Source: Lytechinus pictus (taxonomy: Eukaryota). Taken from it: a stretch of 64,000 bases of DNA. A program made the translations under genes and the position numbers. A model generated the notes under the pieces. That model saw nothing but the letters and a program-made list of their open reading frames with translations. It was not told where the DNA came from and ran no database searches. Below, piece after piece: positions 37,864-50,839 of this stretch. Each line of letters begins with the position of its first letter. Position 1 is the first letter of the stretch. The DNA lies in assembly GCF_037042905.1 (NCBI RefSeq), contig NC_087245.1, positions 2,110,001 to 2,174,000 of the forward strand, written 5' to 3'.

Positions 37864-39830
37864 AGTAGAAGTATATTGAAAATCATGAAAATAAAGAATT
37901 ATATATCAAATTAAAGGGGAAAATAAGAAGAACACGATGGTGTACATCATTTATCATGGAGACCGATGAAACTTACTTAATTGACAGTTTAAAGTTCTCT
38001 CTCTGAATGCTTCAAACACGCACAATTACGTCCGCGAAATTGTTTTTTTTTGATGAAGTGTATAAGTGTACGAGGGACATGATTGGCTCTCCCACGTCAA
38101 GCTCCACTTGCATGCAAAACCTGTTGCTAGGGTACGTTTTCTCCACACTGTCACTGAATACTTCGATCACGAAATGAAAGAAAACTCAGAAGTTTATCTA
38201 GATTTTGCATTTTCAAATTGATGATTTTGAAGATGAAGAGAAAATTGATGAAGTCTCTAGCTCTAGTGACGTGGATGGAGGTAAATTAGGGGAATTACGC
38301 CTAAGTAGATGATGATAAATCGGACAATTCAACTTGCATGCCGATTCGCTACCAACTCATGCAGCTGCTAGTGCTAGCTGAACGTACCATGGGCCAAAAT
38401 AAATCCATGAAAATTAATTCCAGCCTGACAATCTAGACAGAGTCTCTTCCCTCATTTACTCTAAAGAAGGAAAATAATGATATAACTGTACTTACAAACA
38501 AGTGAATATATCCGAATCTGAAGGCAACTCAACGAATAGCAGCAGACGATATGCACCGACGATAATATTCACGTGGCTGGGATAAATTGTCACTCGTTCT
38601 GTTAGATATAATTTCTATCTCATTCTTTTGACAAAATTACGAAACTCAGGAAATTATTTATCTATATAAAAATATAGTAACACCTCGTACTATTTTTAAA
38701 TTATGATAAAACCTTTTTTGAAGCAAAAAGTTGAGGGAAATTAAAATTAGATGTAAAAGATCATCCCCAACATGCATAGCTCGTTCCGTATGTGATTGTA
38801 AACAAACCATCCAAAATGCCGTTTGAGAGCTGTGCAACACGTGCATCTACCGTACTCTCTCAGCTAAGCCAAGGCGAGCAAGCAATGTGTGTTTGTGATT
38901 GTTTGTTTACATACGAGCTACGCATGCATGTTGGGGATGATCTTTTACATCTAATTTTATGTTACCTCAACTTTTTGCTTCAAAAAAGGTTTTATCGTAA
39001 TTTAAAAATAGTACGAGGTGTTACTATATTTTTATATAGATAAATAATTCCCCGAGTTTCGTAATTTTGTCAAAATAATGAGATAGAAATTATATCTAAC
39101 AGAACGAGTGACAATTTATCCCAGCCATGTGAATATTATCGTCGGTGCATATCGTCTGCTGCTATTCGTTGAGTTGCCTTCAGATTCGGATATATTCACT
39201 TGTTTGTAAGTACAGTTATATCATTATTTTCCTTCTTTAGAGTAAAAGAGGGAAGTGACTTGGCCTAGATTGTCAGGCTGGAATTAATTTTCATGGATTT
39301 ATTTTGGCCCGCGGTACGTGCAGCTAGCACTAGCAGCTACATGAGTTGGTAGCGAATCGGCATGCAAGTTGAATTGTCCGACTCATCATCATAGGCGTAA
39401 TTCCCCTAATTTACCTCCATCCACGTCACTAGAGCTAGAGACTTCATCATCATTCTCTTCATCTTCAAAATCATCAATTTGAAAATGCAAAATCTAGATA
39501 AACTTCTGGGTTTTCTTTCATTTTGTGATCGAAGTATTCAGTGACAGTGTGGAGAAAACGTACCCTAGCAACAGGTTTTGCATGCAAGTGGAGCTTGACG
39601 TGGGAAAGCCAATCGCGTCTCTCGTACACTTATACACGTCATCAAATTCGAGTCAATTCATAGACCGCTGGGAGACGTATTTCAGAGAGGCATTTTAGCG
39701 CTTTTTAATTGGCGATTTCCACCTTATGTATTACTTTCGTTATTTTTGAATGACCAAATGATAATCCCCACATCATGACCTTTCCACTGATATATAATAA
39801 GGCCATATTCATAATCAATATATTTCTCCT
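37864..39830. mobile_element. Kolobok-type non-autonomous element with giant internal inverted repeat
   Basis: TTAA at 37860-37863 and 39831-39834; imperfect TIR AGTAGAAGTATATTGA / TCAATATATTTCTCCT; internal arms ~38050-38806 and ~38900-39646 are near-perfect reverse complements. Confidence 0.85.
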
Positions 39831-40526
39831 TTAAACATGAGCCAGCAACAGGACTCTCAAATTCCTATCCAAAGAATGCACATTCGGGGAGTCTTTATCA
39901 AGACAAAGTGGGTACCTTTGCCTGCTATTACTGATTCGGTAGTCTGATCAAAGAATATCAGGCTTATTTTCTCCTGATTTTTCACTGAAAGAAAAGGTCA
40001 ACCCAAAACATCTTGGACCAATGCACACCAAGTTAAATCTTACTTTGTTCTGATGAAGACGCAATACAAACTTAAGCTTACTTTAGCTGATTCACATGGA
40101 AGGGAGCTAGAGTAACCACTTCAGGTGAAGACCAACCTATTTCAAAGATTTTGTACTTCGCTTTCCCTTTGCAAAAATCCCAAAGATTTCCAAAAATCCT
40201 TGTTAAAGTTCTCGTGATTATCAAACGTAGGCCTATCTCCTAACTTGCAGATTTTGTTTTGGAGATACATGTATTATGAGTAGGGCCTACTTTGTTTTCA
40301 CACTTGCAAACTACATGTTATTTCCTGATCTGAGTAGGATGCCAAATCAGACAATATTGACAATGATAGAGTGGATATGAATGTACCTTATGGTGGTCAG
40401 GATATCTGCTGAAGTAATTGCTACCTTCTCTTTTACTTGACCTCCACTTTTTAATCAAGAAAGGGGATGACTGAGTAGACAGAGCTGTGGTGCCAGGCTG
40501 AACTTGGGTTTAGAAAGTTCTCTACA

Positions 40527-41515
40527 CATCGTCACTGAATCCACGAAGTGGCACAATGTCCCAAAATCACATGAAAAGTAAATTTTGAGTTTCTTTCAGT
40601 TTTAGTATTCTCTAGCTATGGTCTATCATTTCACCAAGATTTAGAACCCAATTCTCACTAATTAATGAGATAATTAAAATGAAAAAGCGACACAAGCCTT
40701 AGAATCCTTTGTAAAAAAATCCATGAAGTGGCACACAGGTGCGCGCCGTTTCTACGCACAAAACGACACTTGTGTTTGAATCACTGCTACGTCAAGATTT
40801 GATGTTCATTCAATAAATTTTAAACTTGGAATGCAGCAGTAGATACCTGGCTCTTGGTTGGTGCATTCTTAATTCTGTTAAACTTCACAATCATATAGCA
40901 ACGGGCAGTTGAAAATGTGAAAAATTTTATTCACGTTTATCTCGAAAAGTGCATCATCGGTCGTGTGTGCCACTTTGTGGACTCGGTGACGTCACTGAAT
41001 CCATGAAGTGGCGCAATGTAACAAAATCATGTGAAAAGTCAATTTTAAATATCTTTCTGTTTTAGTATTCAATTTTAAGTATCTTTCAGCTTTAGTATTC
41101 CTTGGCTATGGTCTTTCATTTCACTGAAATTTAGAACCCAATTCTCTCTAATTAATGAGATAATTAAAGTGGAAAAACACACTAGCCTCAAAATCCTTTG
41201 TAAAATAATCCACAAAATGGCATGCACGTACACACCATTTCTACGCACACTGAAGTAATATTTTCCACAAAACGACGCTTGTCATGCTTGTGTTTGAATC
41301 ACTGCTATTTTAAGATTTGATGTTCATTCGTTAAAATTTTAACATGGAAGGCAGGAGTAGATACCTGGCTCTGGGTATACATTCTTCATTCTGTTAAACT
41401 TCACAATCATGTGGCAAGGGACAGTTGAAAATGTAAAAATCTTTATTCGTGTTTATCTTGAAAAGTGATTTCACGCATCAACGGTTGCGTGTGCCACTTC
41501 GTTGATTTGGCGATG
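40527..41515. mobile_element. Head-to-tail dimer of a ~470-520 bp TIR element
   Basis: TIR CATCGTCACTGAATCCACGAAGTGGCAC / GTGCCACTTCGTTGATTTGGCGATG; two diverged direct units joined at ~40990. Confidence 0.85.
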
Positions 41516-41772
41516 ATATGCCTACTTGGTAGACAAATGCTCTTTGCTGGTCAGTTGCTAGCCCCTCTTTTAGGTGTTTTACAGTACGTTTCCTTAAACC
41601 GCCGTACTATCGCTTGGCAATTTAAAGAATTTTTTGCAAGTGTAAAAAAGCATATTACAATGCCATTTCTAAAACAATTCAGCATCATATCAGTGGCTTC
41701 TACCAACCCCTTCCCCTGTACATGGCATCTTGTTACGTTTTTCTTTGACTAACGAGTTTTAAGTAAATCTCT

Positions 41773-42027
41773 GCCCCATCTTACAAAGAGTTAGATTGAT
41801 CGGATCAACCACAACTATGGAAAGCCAGCAACGTCAACATTTAAAATGCATGTTTGTTCAAATATTTTCTAGATATGCCATTTATTCATAAATTCATTGT
41901 TTTCTTGACAACTCAGTTTGTTCCCATTTGTTTACAAAGGACATTTTGCACATTTCCTGTATAAAAAATAAGACACTGATGGATTTCCATAGAGTTACGA
42001 TGGGGCTTTGATTAATTTGTAACTGGG
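41773..42027. mobile_element. Degenerate MITE
   Basis: Decayed TIR GCCCCATCTTACAAA / TTTGTAACTGGGC; internal inverted CAACTATGGAAAGCCAGCA / TGATGGATTTCCATAGAGTT. Confidence 0.55.
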
Positions 42028-43669
42028 CTGTTATTAAAGCGTTAATGTCATTATAGCTGAATAACTTTCCGACTGTAACTGTATAACTGATCACATCTTA
42101 GTGGCCCTCTTCCAGGACAGGCAACTGAGGCTAGTGTGTGTGTTTGCAATGTCATCCCTTTTTAGGGGGGGGGGGTAGATTGCTGCTATAATGGGAATTA
42201 GTACATGTAGATGTCATTCAGTACCACATAAATTGTGCCATTAAATCTATTAATTTATGAGTTTGTTTGACTGGATTGTGATAATGATATCTGGTTGAGA
42301 TTCCTCTGACCATGTAAATACAAATGCATTGTCAGTCAGTAGAAGCACATGCAGGGCAGACTAGACTCTTCACCGAGAAGCCTTTACTTTACTTGAAACT
42401 ACCATCATCAAACTTGTATTAAATATATCTGTATGTCTATTCTTTTTTTAACTGTTTTCTTCATTGTGGCATGATATCATTTATATGTACAAGCACTCCA
42501 CCATGTAGCATCTTCAAAAGGCTATGAGCAATGCTTTTGAATATTTGTGTCACTCAAGCTTTGATTTAAAGGTTTTTAATGTCCCTCTGGTTTTGACTTA
42601 CTCTGCATGACTTTGGACCTGTAAAAGTTCAATAACTCTTTCTTGCAATGAATATGCAAACCCTTGGGACCTTTACAGCTGTGATAGTTTCAGTTTCTCT
42701 ACAAATAGGTTCTTGATTTTACAAACAATCATCTGGCCCCATGGGCAGATTTTTAGCAAAAAGGTAGATGCGATAAGTTAACACTAGGTCCTGTTAAGTC
42801 AATAGTCATGTTCATACATGTACATGTCATAGTAATTAGATATTAGACCATCTACTCGTTCCATTCTATTTGGAGTTGGACACTCTATTTACTCTCGTTT
42901 GTTTTTACTCTTAAAATAATTTCCGGCTGAATTATTTTTTAAGGGGATTGCATCATACCAGTTATGATATTCTATTCTAATAAGTTCAGAGTTTGAAAAT
43001 GAATAAAATATGAGATGAAATGAAAGTTGTATTGTAACAGTGATGAGAAATACATATATCTGAAATGTTTTTTTTTATGTAGGCATATGTTTAAGCTTAC
43101 AACTGAAATATCTGCGAAGAAGAAAAATTTCAGACTACTAATAATTTAATTGTTTCCTTTTTGGTATTAATAACAACCCCTTCTCGATTTTAATTTTATT
43201 GTTTGTTTTACTTTCATTTGAGATGTCCTTCACCTAATTGGAAAAGTTTACATTATCGCGACACTTTTATTTTCCTGTTTTGACTCAAATGGAGAAGTGA
43301 ATAGGAAACAGAACTACACATCTTTCATTTTGAGATTAATTGAATCATTGAATGTCACATGGGTAAATATAGAATACAAATGGAATAATAGATTGAATTT
43401 GTTTTGCAGGATTTTTTTCTCAAGATTTTTTTTTCAAATAAACAATCATTAACATATGATGTTCTTTTGTTTTCTCCCCAACTTTCTTTTGTTCAACTTG
43501 AAATCCACTGGACACTGTTCTCTTTTGTGGTCATTATTAATAGGTAAGAATAATGATTTATCAAATACATTGAATTTAAATTTTGTGATAATTCTGCTGA
43601 GAATGTTGAATGATACCATGAATGTAGTGCATGTAAATGCTTTTGTTGATGTTGCGTTGCTGCTGTTGA

Positions 43670-43894
43670 TAATGTCAGTGATGCTTATGGTGATGTTGAG
43701 GATGGTATAGGCAATCCTAGTAGGGATGATGAGGAAGATGATTGATGATCATTATGATGATGATGATTATGACTGTTGATGATGATGATGATGATGATGG
43801 TGCTGATGATGATAATGATGATGATGAAAATGATGATAATGATGCTGGTGATGAATGATGGTGATGATGATGACGATGATGATGATTAATCAGT

Positions 43895-43926
<32 letters not shown>

Positions 43927-43990
43927 GGTGATAATGATGTTGACAATGAATGTAAAGATGGAAATAAGGGACATGATGGTGATATAGATA
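43670..43990. repeat. Degenerate (GAT)n microsatellite
   Basis: Long GAT/GGT/AAT array; explains the poly-D, poly-H/S and poly-I ORFs. Confidence 0.9.
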
Positions 43991-45429
43991 TCAATAAAAG
44001 TGACATTTTTGATAATTTGTTAATACCAACAGTAATGGTTGAATCGATGTTAAGAATAAATGATAAAGTTAATGAAACCATTGAAGTACTAATGAGATTA
44101 GTGATAAGAGTGGTAATGATGATGGTAATTTTTATAATAGGACTCGGAGAATATACTTTCCTTGTAAAATGAAACAATGTTAAAGTTTTCCATCTTTTTA
44201 AATATGGAAGCCAAAGAATAGATGAAATGGTCGGCCTGTTTCTTTTTTGTAAATTGTTAGCGTGCTTGTTCTTTTGACCACATATTACAAATTTAATGAA
44301 CATTTTGTTTCACTTCATTCGTTACATTATATAAATTTTTCTTTTCTATCTTTGCGGAATTGTATAATTGTGAATTGTAAACAATTATCTTGTTACAAAA
44401 ATGCTAGTTAAAAATAAAGTTCAGATGCCCTTGGTTAGGAGAACGGGAAGTCAGATCACGTTAGCAGCTTCCATTACCATACAAGTTTAGGAAACATATT
44501 GCGAATAGAAACCTAAATTACCCTGAATGCAAAAAATAGCATGTTTTAGGGGCAGTCAGGAACGCATATTTCCTGAAGGAGTATATAGTGATACCGGTAA
44601 TGATTTGTCTGCCTGTTAGATGTAGTCAGTAGAAAGGACATGTGGTTATTAGTTGTTTTTTTTTCCATTTCTTTGTCTTCATTGTGATTAATATCTGATG
44701 TTTGTCAGTATGTGTTGGTGGTGATTTTTTACCTGATTGCTAAGAAAGCATGAATGCTTCTCGATAACAAAGGGAATCTTGCATTTTTGCAATATCCCAA
44801 AACTTAAAAGTGTTTGGGTCTAGGCTTATAGATAATTTTAGAGAAGTGAAGTCTAAATTTTCATCTGATCACAACAATATCATCAAATCAAGAAATTTAA
44901 AGGATATGGTTGATAAGCAAACAATTAAAAAGGCCCTATATAATACCATATTTGTAAGTGAATTTTAAATTTATTTTGAGACTGCTGAAAAGTTTGCATC
45001 TCGCATAAAACCTGCATCGAATGCTTTTACAGTGCTCATGGGCAATGCTGTGAGATGTGATCTTGGTATGAATTCAGTATATGAAAGTGGGTCCCTATGT
45101 AATGACCAGGCTTGTTGCCTTAGTCAAAGGTTAAAATAGGTAGGCCCTATATACCATGGAGTAAGCTGCTAGAAACTTTCCATTTCTAAGAACCTCTAAG
45201 AATATTATAACATCACTACCATGATCTAGCTCCCTGGATTCTTCTCAGTAGATAGTATCATTGATGATCGCTGTGATGGTATGATCACTTTATGACTCGT
45301 TGATTGCAATTCTGACCTTTACATGGTCGTTGTACATGATCCAGATTTCTGATTATGTTGTCAACCTGTCACTATATTGTCTGTGATATTGGTCCCTTGA
45401 CTCTATGGTGGGCAAAGCCATGCCCTTAA

Positions 45430-47885
45430 AGGAGAATGAAACCCTTGAAACCAGCTGAATCCATATCAAAGAGAAAAATCAAAGAAACATATTGTTGAAA
45501 CTTTGAGGAAGATTGAATGAATAATGGAAAGTTATGAGCATTAGAATATTGAGATCACTAATGCCATGTAGACCTTTCCATTGGCAATGTGACCAAGATC
45601 TGTGATGTCACACACGTACAACTCCCTCATTACTTTAGTACTTATTTCACTTATATTCTCACTTTTATAGAGTCTATCACAAGGTGAGTTGTTCTCTTTA
45701 TATGAGAGGACAAGTACAGAGGTTTCACAACATTATATCATTGATGAATCGTTTGTCATATGATTAGAATGAGCAAAAAGAGTTGTTTTGGGGTATATTT
45801 TCAGTGTCCAAAAGGGGAGAGTTGTTCATCTGTGACATCATAGATCTTGGTCGCATTGCCAATGGGAGGATCTCCATAGTAGTGCTGTAGCCGAACCGCC
45901 GAACCGAACGGTAGTTCGCCGAACATGGCACTTCCGAACCGAACAGAACCGAACCGAACACTAAGACTTGGTTCGGAAGTTCGGCAACAAAAAAAAAAAC
46001 GGCTTTCAGCTAATAAATTTATAAGTTTACACCCTTTCTAATCATTATATTTGCGCATTCTCTATTTAATCTTCTTTGCAATTGTATGTTGGAAGTATGC
46101 GCTTATTTTGCGGTTACTAGATTTTGTTTTCATTTTCATGTTGACATTGTGGTTTTTACGGCCCTGATTAAGAAAGGAGATCCGATGAATGATGTTGCGC
46201 GAGCTTGCGCTATAATCATTTTACTGGCTTTCATCATCTCTCGCTCTGTGGCCGAATCGCCGAAGCATGGTAAAGAAAACCAAAACTGTATGAGTGTTCA
46301 TTGGTTAAATCTAATTATCTAAAATATTGTTGTTTTTAGGTGGCGAACAAGATTCTTGTTTGAAAATCTTCAAAGTATTTTGAATGAACGAGCTCAATAA
46401 ACTGAAAGTGAAAGATGAAGTACCATTAATATTACGAATTACGATACGATGTGATTAAGATCGTAACTCGTGTATTGTTCCGGCGGAGAATAAAGATCTG
46501 ATTGAGGTGATTGACATTATTATTGAGGTGTCGGCTCGATACTGTCTAGTTTTCATGATTTTAGAGAGAAGTAAAGAGTTTTGAAAACGAGAGATCCAGT
46601 GAAAGTGGGAAATAAAGTGAGTGACTGTTAGAGATGGAAAGGAGAGACGCAAAACAAATAATATAGAAATGAGATGAGGTGAAGTTATCTTTTTTATTAT
46701 TAACAATCAGATGAAAATAAAAATCAAACACTCATGAATGATTACGGTATAGCATATAGCAAGATCCCCTTCCCCTCGTTGACAAGTTGAATGAAGAAAA
46801 AGCCATGCGGAAACATTCATCTCTTGGGGGAAAATGACCCCCAATCTTTACTTTTTTTTCCCTTTCTTATCAACTTCTCAAATTAACCATAAACAATTCG
46901 ATGATAACTCTACTCCCCCTGTCCCATTACAGTCGTAAAACTTTGCATCCCACTTGGTCTGTATGTTCATGGTCGAATGAAATCTGACCAATGAAATCAC
47001 AGAAATCTCGGGAATTGCTCTTCAATCAGTGAGCTGAGTTTCGCGAGCAGACAAAGCACGTGGCTGCATGTACCGATGCGACAATCAGCGACATGCGATT
47101 GGTGGTTTAGTTCACCCATCGAGCCAATTAGCGAAAGGCGCATTACATAAGCACGCTTTCTTCGACACGCCCCTGGCCCTACTATGCCTACAGTTCAGTG
47201 CACTGGCGCTGGTCGCCTCGTATGTGATGCAATTGCCAATCACGTTTGGCCGGACTGTATATATAAATATTCATGAGCTCAGAGTCCCGCTACAAGCCTA
47301 GCCTAGCCTAGCGCTTAGCTGGTACGAGTGCGAGCGCGAGCGTAGTTAATTTGGCAAGTATCCAAAGTGTGGTCCAGGTATGGACGACTAGGAAGAGTCG
47401 CCATTTTAGAACTGTGAGTTACCCAATAAATTAAATCTGTCATCAGATAATCAAATTCGAGATAACAGTTGATTCGTTGAGCGCTATAACTTTCATAGTT
47501 TCATGTCAACAAGATAGAGATAAAATGGTTTGATGTGACAGAGGTACACGTACACGCGAGCACATGCAGTCAATCAAGTACAAATTGTCTACCGGGTACG
47601 CTACGTATAATATACCTGAATGAACTATAGCTTTATCAGTCTATCATTACCGAACCCCGAACCGAACCAATGTTCGGCAAATTTCTGCCGAACCTTGCCG
47701 AACCGAACCGAACCCGAACATGGCGCCTGACTTGCAGCACTACTCCATAGCATTAGTGATCTCGAAATTCAAATGCTCATAACTCTTCTATTGCTAGTCC
47801 TATTTTACTCAAACTTTTGTTGATCTTATTCTTTGATTTTTCTGCTTTCACAAAAGCTAACTTGCTCCAAGAGTTTAATTCTCCT
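45430..47885. mobile_element. Kolobok-type MITE family K3 (split by hAT insertion)
   Basis: TTAA TSD; ends AGGAGAATGAAACCCTTG / CAAGAGTTTAATTCTCCT; inverted arms restored after removing 45880-47750. Confidence 0.88.
45880..47742. mobile_element. Non-autonomous hAT transposon (~1.86 kb)
   Basis: TIR TAGTGCTGTA / TGCAGCACTA; exact 8-bp TSD CTCCATAG; CCGAAC subterminal arrays at both ends; no transposase ORF seen; CpG-rich. Confidence 0.92.
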
Positions 47886-48542
47886 TTAATGACAATGTTT
47901 ACTACCAACACTGAATGCTTGTGTGAATATTTCTTCTTCTTTTTTTTTTTTTGGGGGGGGGGGGGGGGAGGGGGGAGACGTACATGTTACATTTAATATT
48001 GACATTTCCCTACTTGTATTATCACCTCATTTTACATTGTCCATCGGGGAAAAAAATCTTACAGAATGCAGTATAGCAGTAAATTAATTTGTCATCAACT
48101 TCTATCATTTTAATTACTGTTCTCAAGCAGTACTTGCATGAGGTTTAGCATGATTGAGTTCAAGCAACAAGCTTCAGTAATGAGAGGTTTTGGTATGGTC
48201 GTGGACATATTGATCAGTGCTACAATACCAGTATATGAAACAAGCTATATCCACATGAGCAGTCATCTTTGGACGAGATGCTTAAGTCATATGTCGCCCT
48301 CTAAATGAAAAACTGAAGAAAATAATCAAATTTGATTTTAATATTTTGTTAGTTTGTAGTTTTGTACATGGTTTAAACTTGCGATAATAATGATTTATCT
48401 TCAAATGTAACATGTTTGTTACTCGGCCCTGCTCTCTATAATAAGGTTCTTGATATATAATAATTTCAAAAAGCTCTTCAACTACCTCTTATGATGTATG
48501 GAGAATATTTTACTGAGGGTAACAAAAGAAATGTCCCTTTAA

Positions 48543-49130
48543 AGGGATGGTCCGGGCTGAAAGTATTTATAGCTTAATAAATAGAGTAGAATTCACTGAG
48601 CAAAATGCCGAAATTTTCATCAAAATCGGATAACAAATAACAAAGTTATTGAATTTTAAAGTTTAGCAATATTTTGTGAAAACAGTCGTCATGAATATTC
48701 ATTAGGTGGGCTGATGATGTCACATCCCCACTTGTTCTTTTGTATTTTATTATATGAAATTAGGTTTATTCAAATGTTAACCTCCTAGAACTAGAAAAAT
48801 TGGATTGACAACTGATTTAATGCATTAGATATTGATTGCTGCAACTTATTTCATTATAAGGGAGACATACATTATATTATTCACAGAAGTATGAAATAAT
48901 GAGAAAATATGATTTTATGTAATAACATAAGAAAATGGAAAGGGGAGATGTGACATCATCAGCCCACCTAATGAATATTCATGACGACTGTTTTCACAAA
49001 ATATTGCTAAACTTTAAACTTCAATAACTTTAGTATTTGTTAACCGATTTTGATGAAATTTTCGGCATTTTGCTCAGTGAATTCTACTCCATGTATTAAG
49101 ATATAAATATTTTCAGCCTGGACCATCCCT
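48543..49130. mobile_element. Kolobok-type MITE, family K4
   Basis: TTAA TSD; ends AGGGATGGTCC / GGACCATCCCT; ~190-bp highly similar inverted arms. Confidence 0.93.
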
Positions 49131-50839
49131 TTAAAGAATATCCCCTCATGCAATGATGCTGGAGTGGAAGGAGGCATGCATGATTTGAGGCGTAACATAT
49201 CTGCAGCAGTAGTCATATTCAGACGAAAAATACTGTCATCTAATGCTTGGTTGGTGAACCATGCTCAGAAGAAGCGCTAACTTGGTGTTCTCTTGCTGAT
49301 AGGTCCACTATTTGCCTTGATTTTCATCTGGCTACAATTAGTATGGTAGTCTCAAAGAAAAGGATGAGTTGGTGGTTTCAAGGTAAAATATCAATTTGTG
49401 AGCTGTCTCTGTTCTGTCACTACCACGTGGGATATTAAAGCCACTACAATTGGATTCATACTTCGGTTCCAGTTTACAGGCACATTGCTTAAAACATGAA
49501 CTTTGGACTGAGTCACACTATTTGTTAAGATGCAATTGGAATGCCACATACATCCCCTGAACAATAAACAGATGATAGGTGATCAGTCCTGACCTTAAAA
49601 ATCGTGACTTGTGTGATTTACTGTGAAAAGTACCTTTTCTTTGAACCAAATAATGCATTTTTGTGTCTGCTGTTCAAAAGCTAACAAGGATATATTTTAA
49701 AGAAATAGATAAAATTCAAAGAGCATGTGTAAATTTGTTAAGAATAACAAAATCATTCATTTGAGTCATTTGAGTCCCCGTACTAAACATGTTTCTCCTA
49801 CTGGTCATGGGTTCATTTGTAACCCAGCAAGTCTAAATTAAAATTTAAGAATACACATTTAATAGGCCTATTAGGAAAATGAAGCGGCATTGGGATCAAT
49901 CGTATTTGACGTCTATATGCGGTTGAGGATGAGGGAGAAGATCATTCTTAATTGATATCTAGACCTTAGTGTTGGTCACAGTTCATGATTTGTTGTCGTT
50001 TAGAGAATCATCAATCTGTGATGAGTTCTTTACCAGATGGTGTCTAATATGAGCTCCTTTCCTTTGGATTCCATCTCTCAAAGACTGTGTGATTAGTGGC
50101 CATAAGAGGGCACTGTTTAATAATTCATCTGATGGTGTCACGCGCGTAAAACATTCCCCATAGACTTGTGTGTTAAAATGGCACTTTTGAAAAATTCATA
50201 AAAAATAAATGTGAAATTAGAGGGTGGAATGTTTACTACCAATGGATAGGTTATATATCTGACATTCCAAATCTGACCAGGATAGGGTACCGTAGCCAGC
50301 TCATTTAAAAAATAAATCGCCATTTATGAAGATAACTATGAATGGATCGAATTCATCAACTGAAACAGTAAAATAGCCCTAATTATTCCGCCAGTCAAAA
50401 AATAGTTCCAAGTCACTTATTTATCTTCCCAATTTGGGCGAAGGAAGTTCAATAGTTACCATTTTTAGAATCAGTGTTAGATTTTGAATCATATTTATAC
50501 ATTTTTGACAATCAGCAATATCAAATTGACAAAAATTCGAATGGGTTGGGTCGAACGAATATCTTTAGCCCTCCTGATGTAATTAGGCCCGTGGAACCTG
50601 ATGTGGTCTCTGAACACCATGTCCATTTTACAGTGATGTTACTTTTCAGGACAATATAAGAATGCCAATAGATATTTGAAATATATAATTTAACCGTAGG
50701 AAAATGTACTTTATGAAAATTATTAGAAAAAGCATGTTCTTAGATGTTTTCCAAAAGGTTCTTATTAATTATAAGTGTTATCTTTAATTGCTTGGGAGCC
50801 TCAGGTAGTGTCTTAAGTGCCAGAGTAAATGGAATTTCA

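Noticed and set aside
38658..39043. Two divergent ORFs with the same C-terminus
   Set aside because: Mirror translations of the two arms of the giant inverted repeat.
43717..44303. Poly-Asp, poly-His and poly-Ser ORFs
   Set aside because: Products of the (GAT)n microsatellite.
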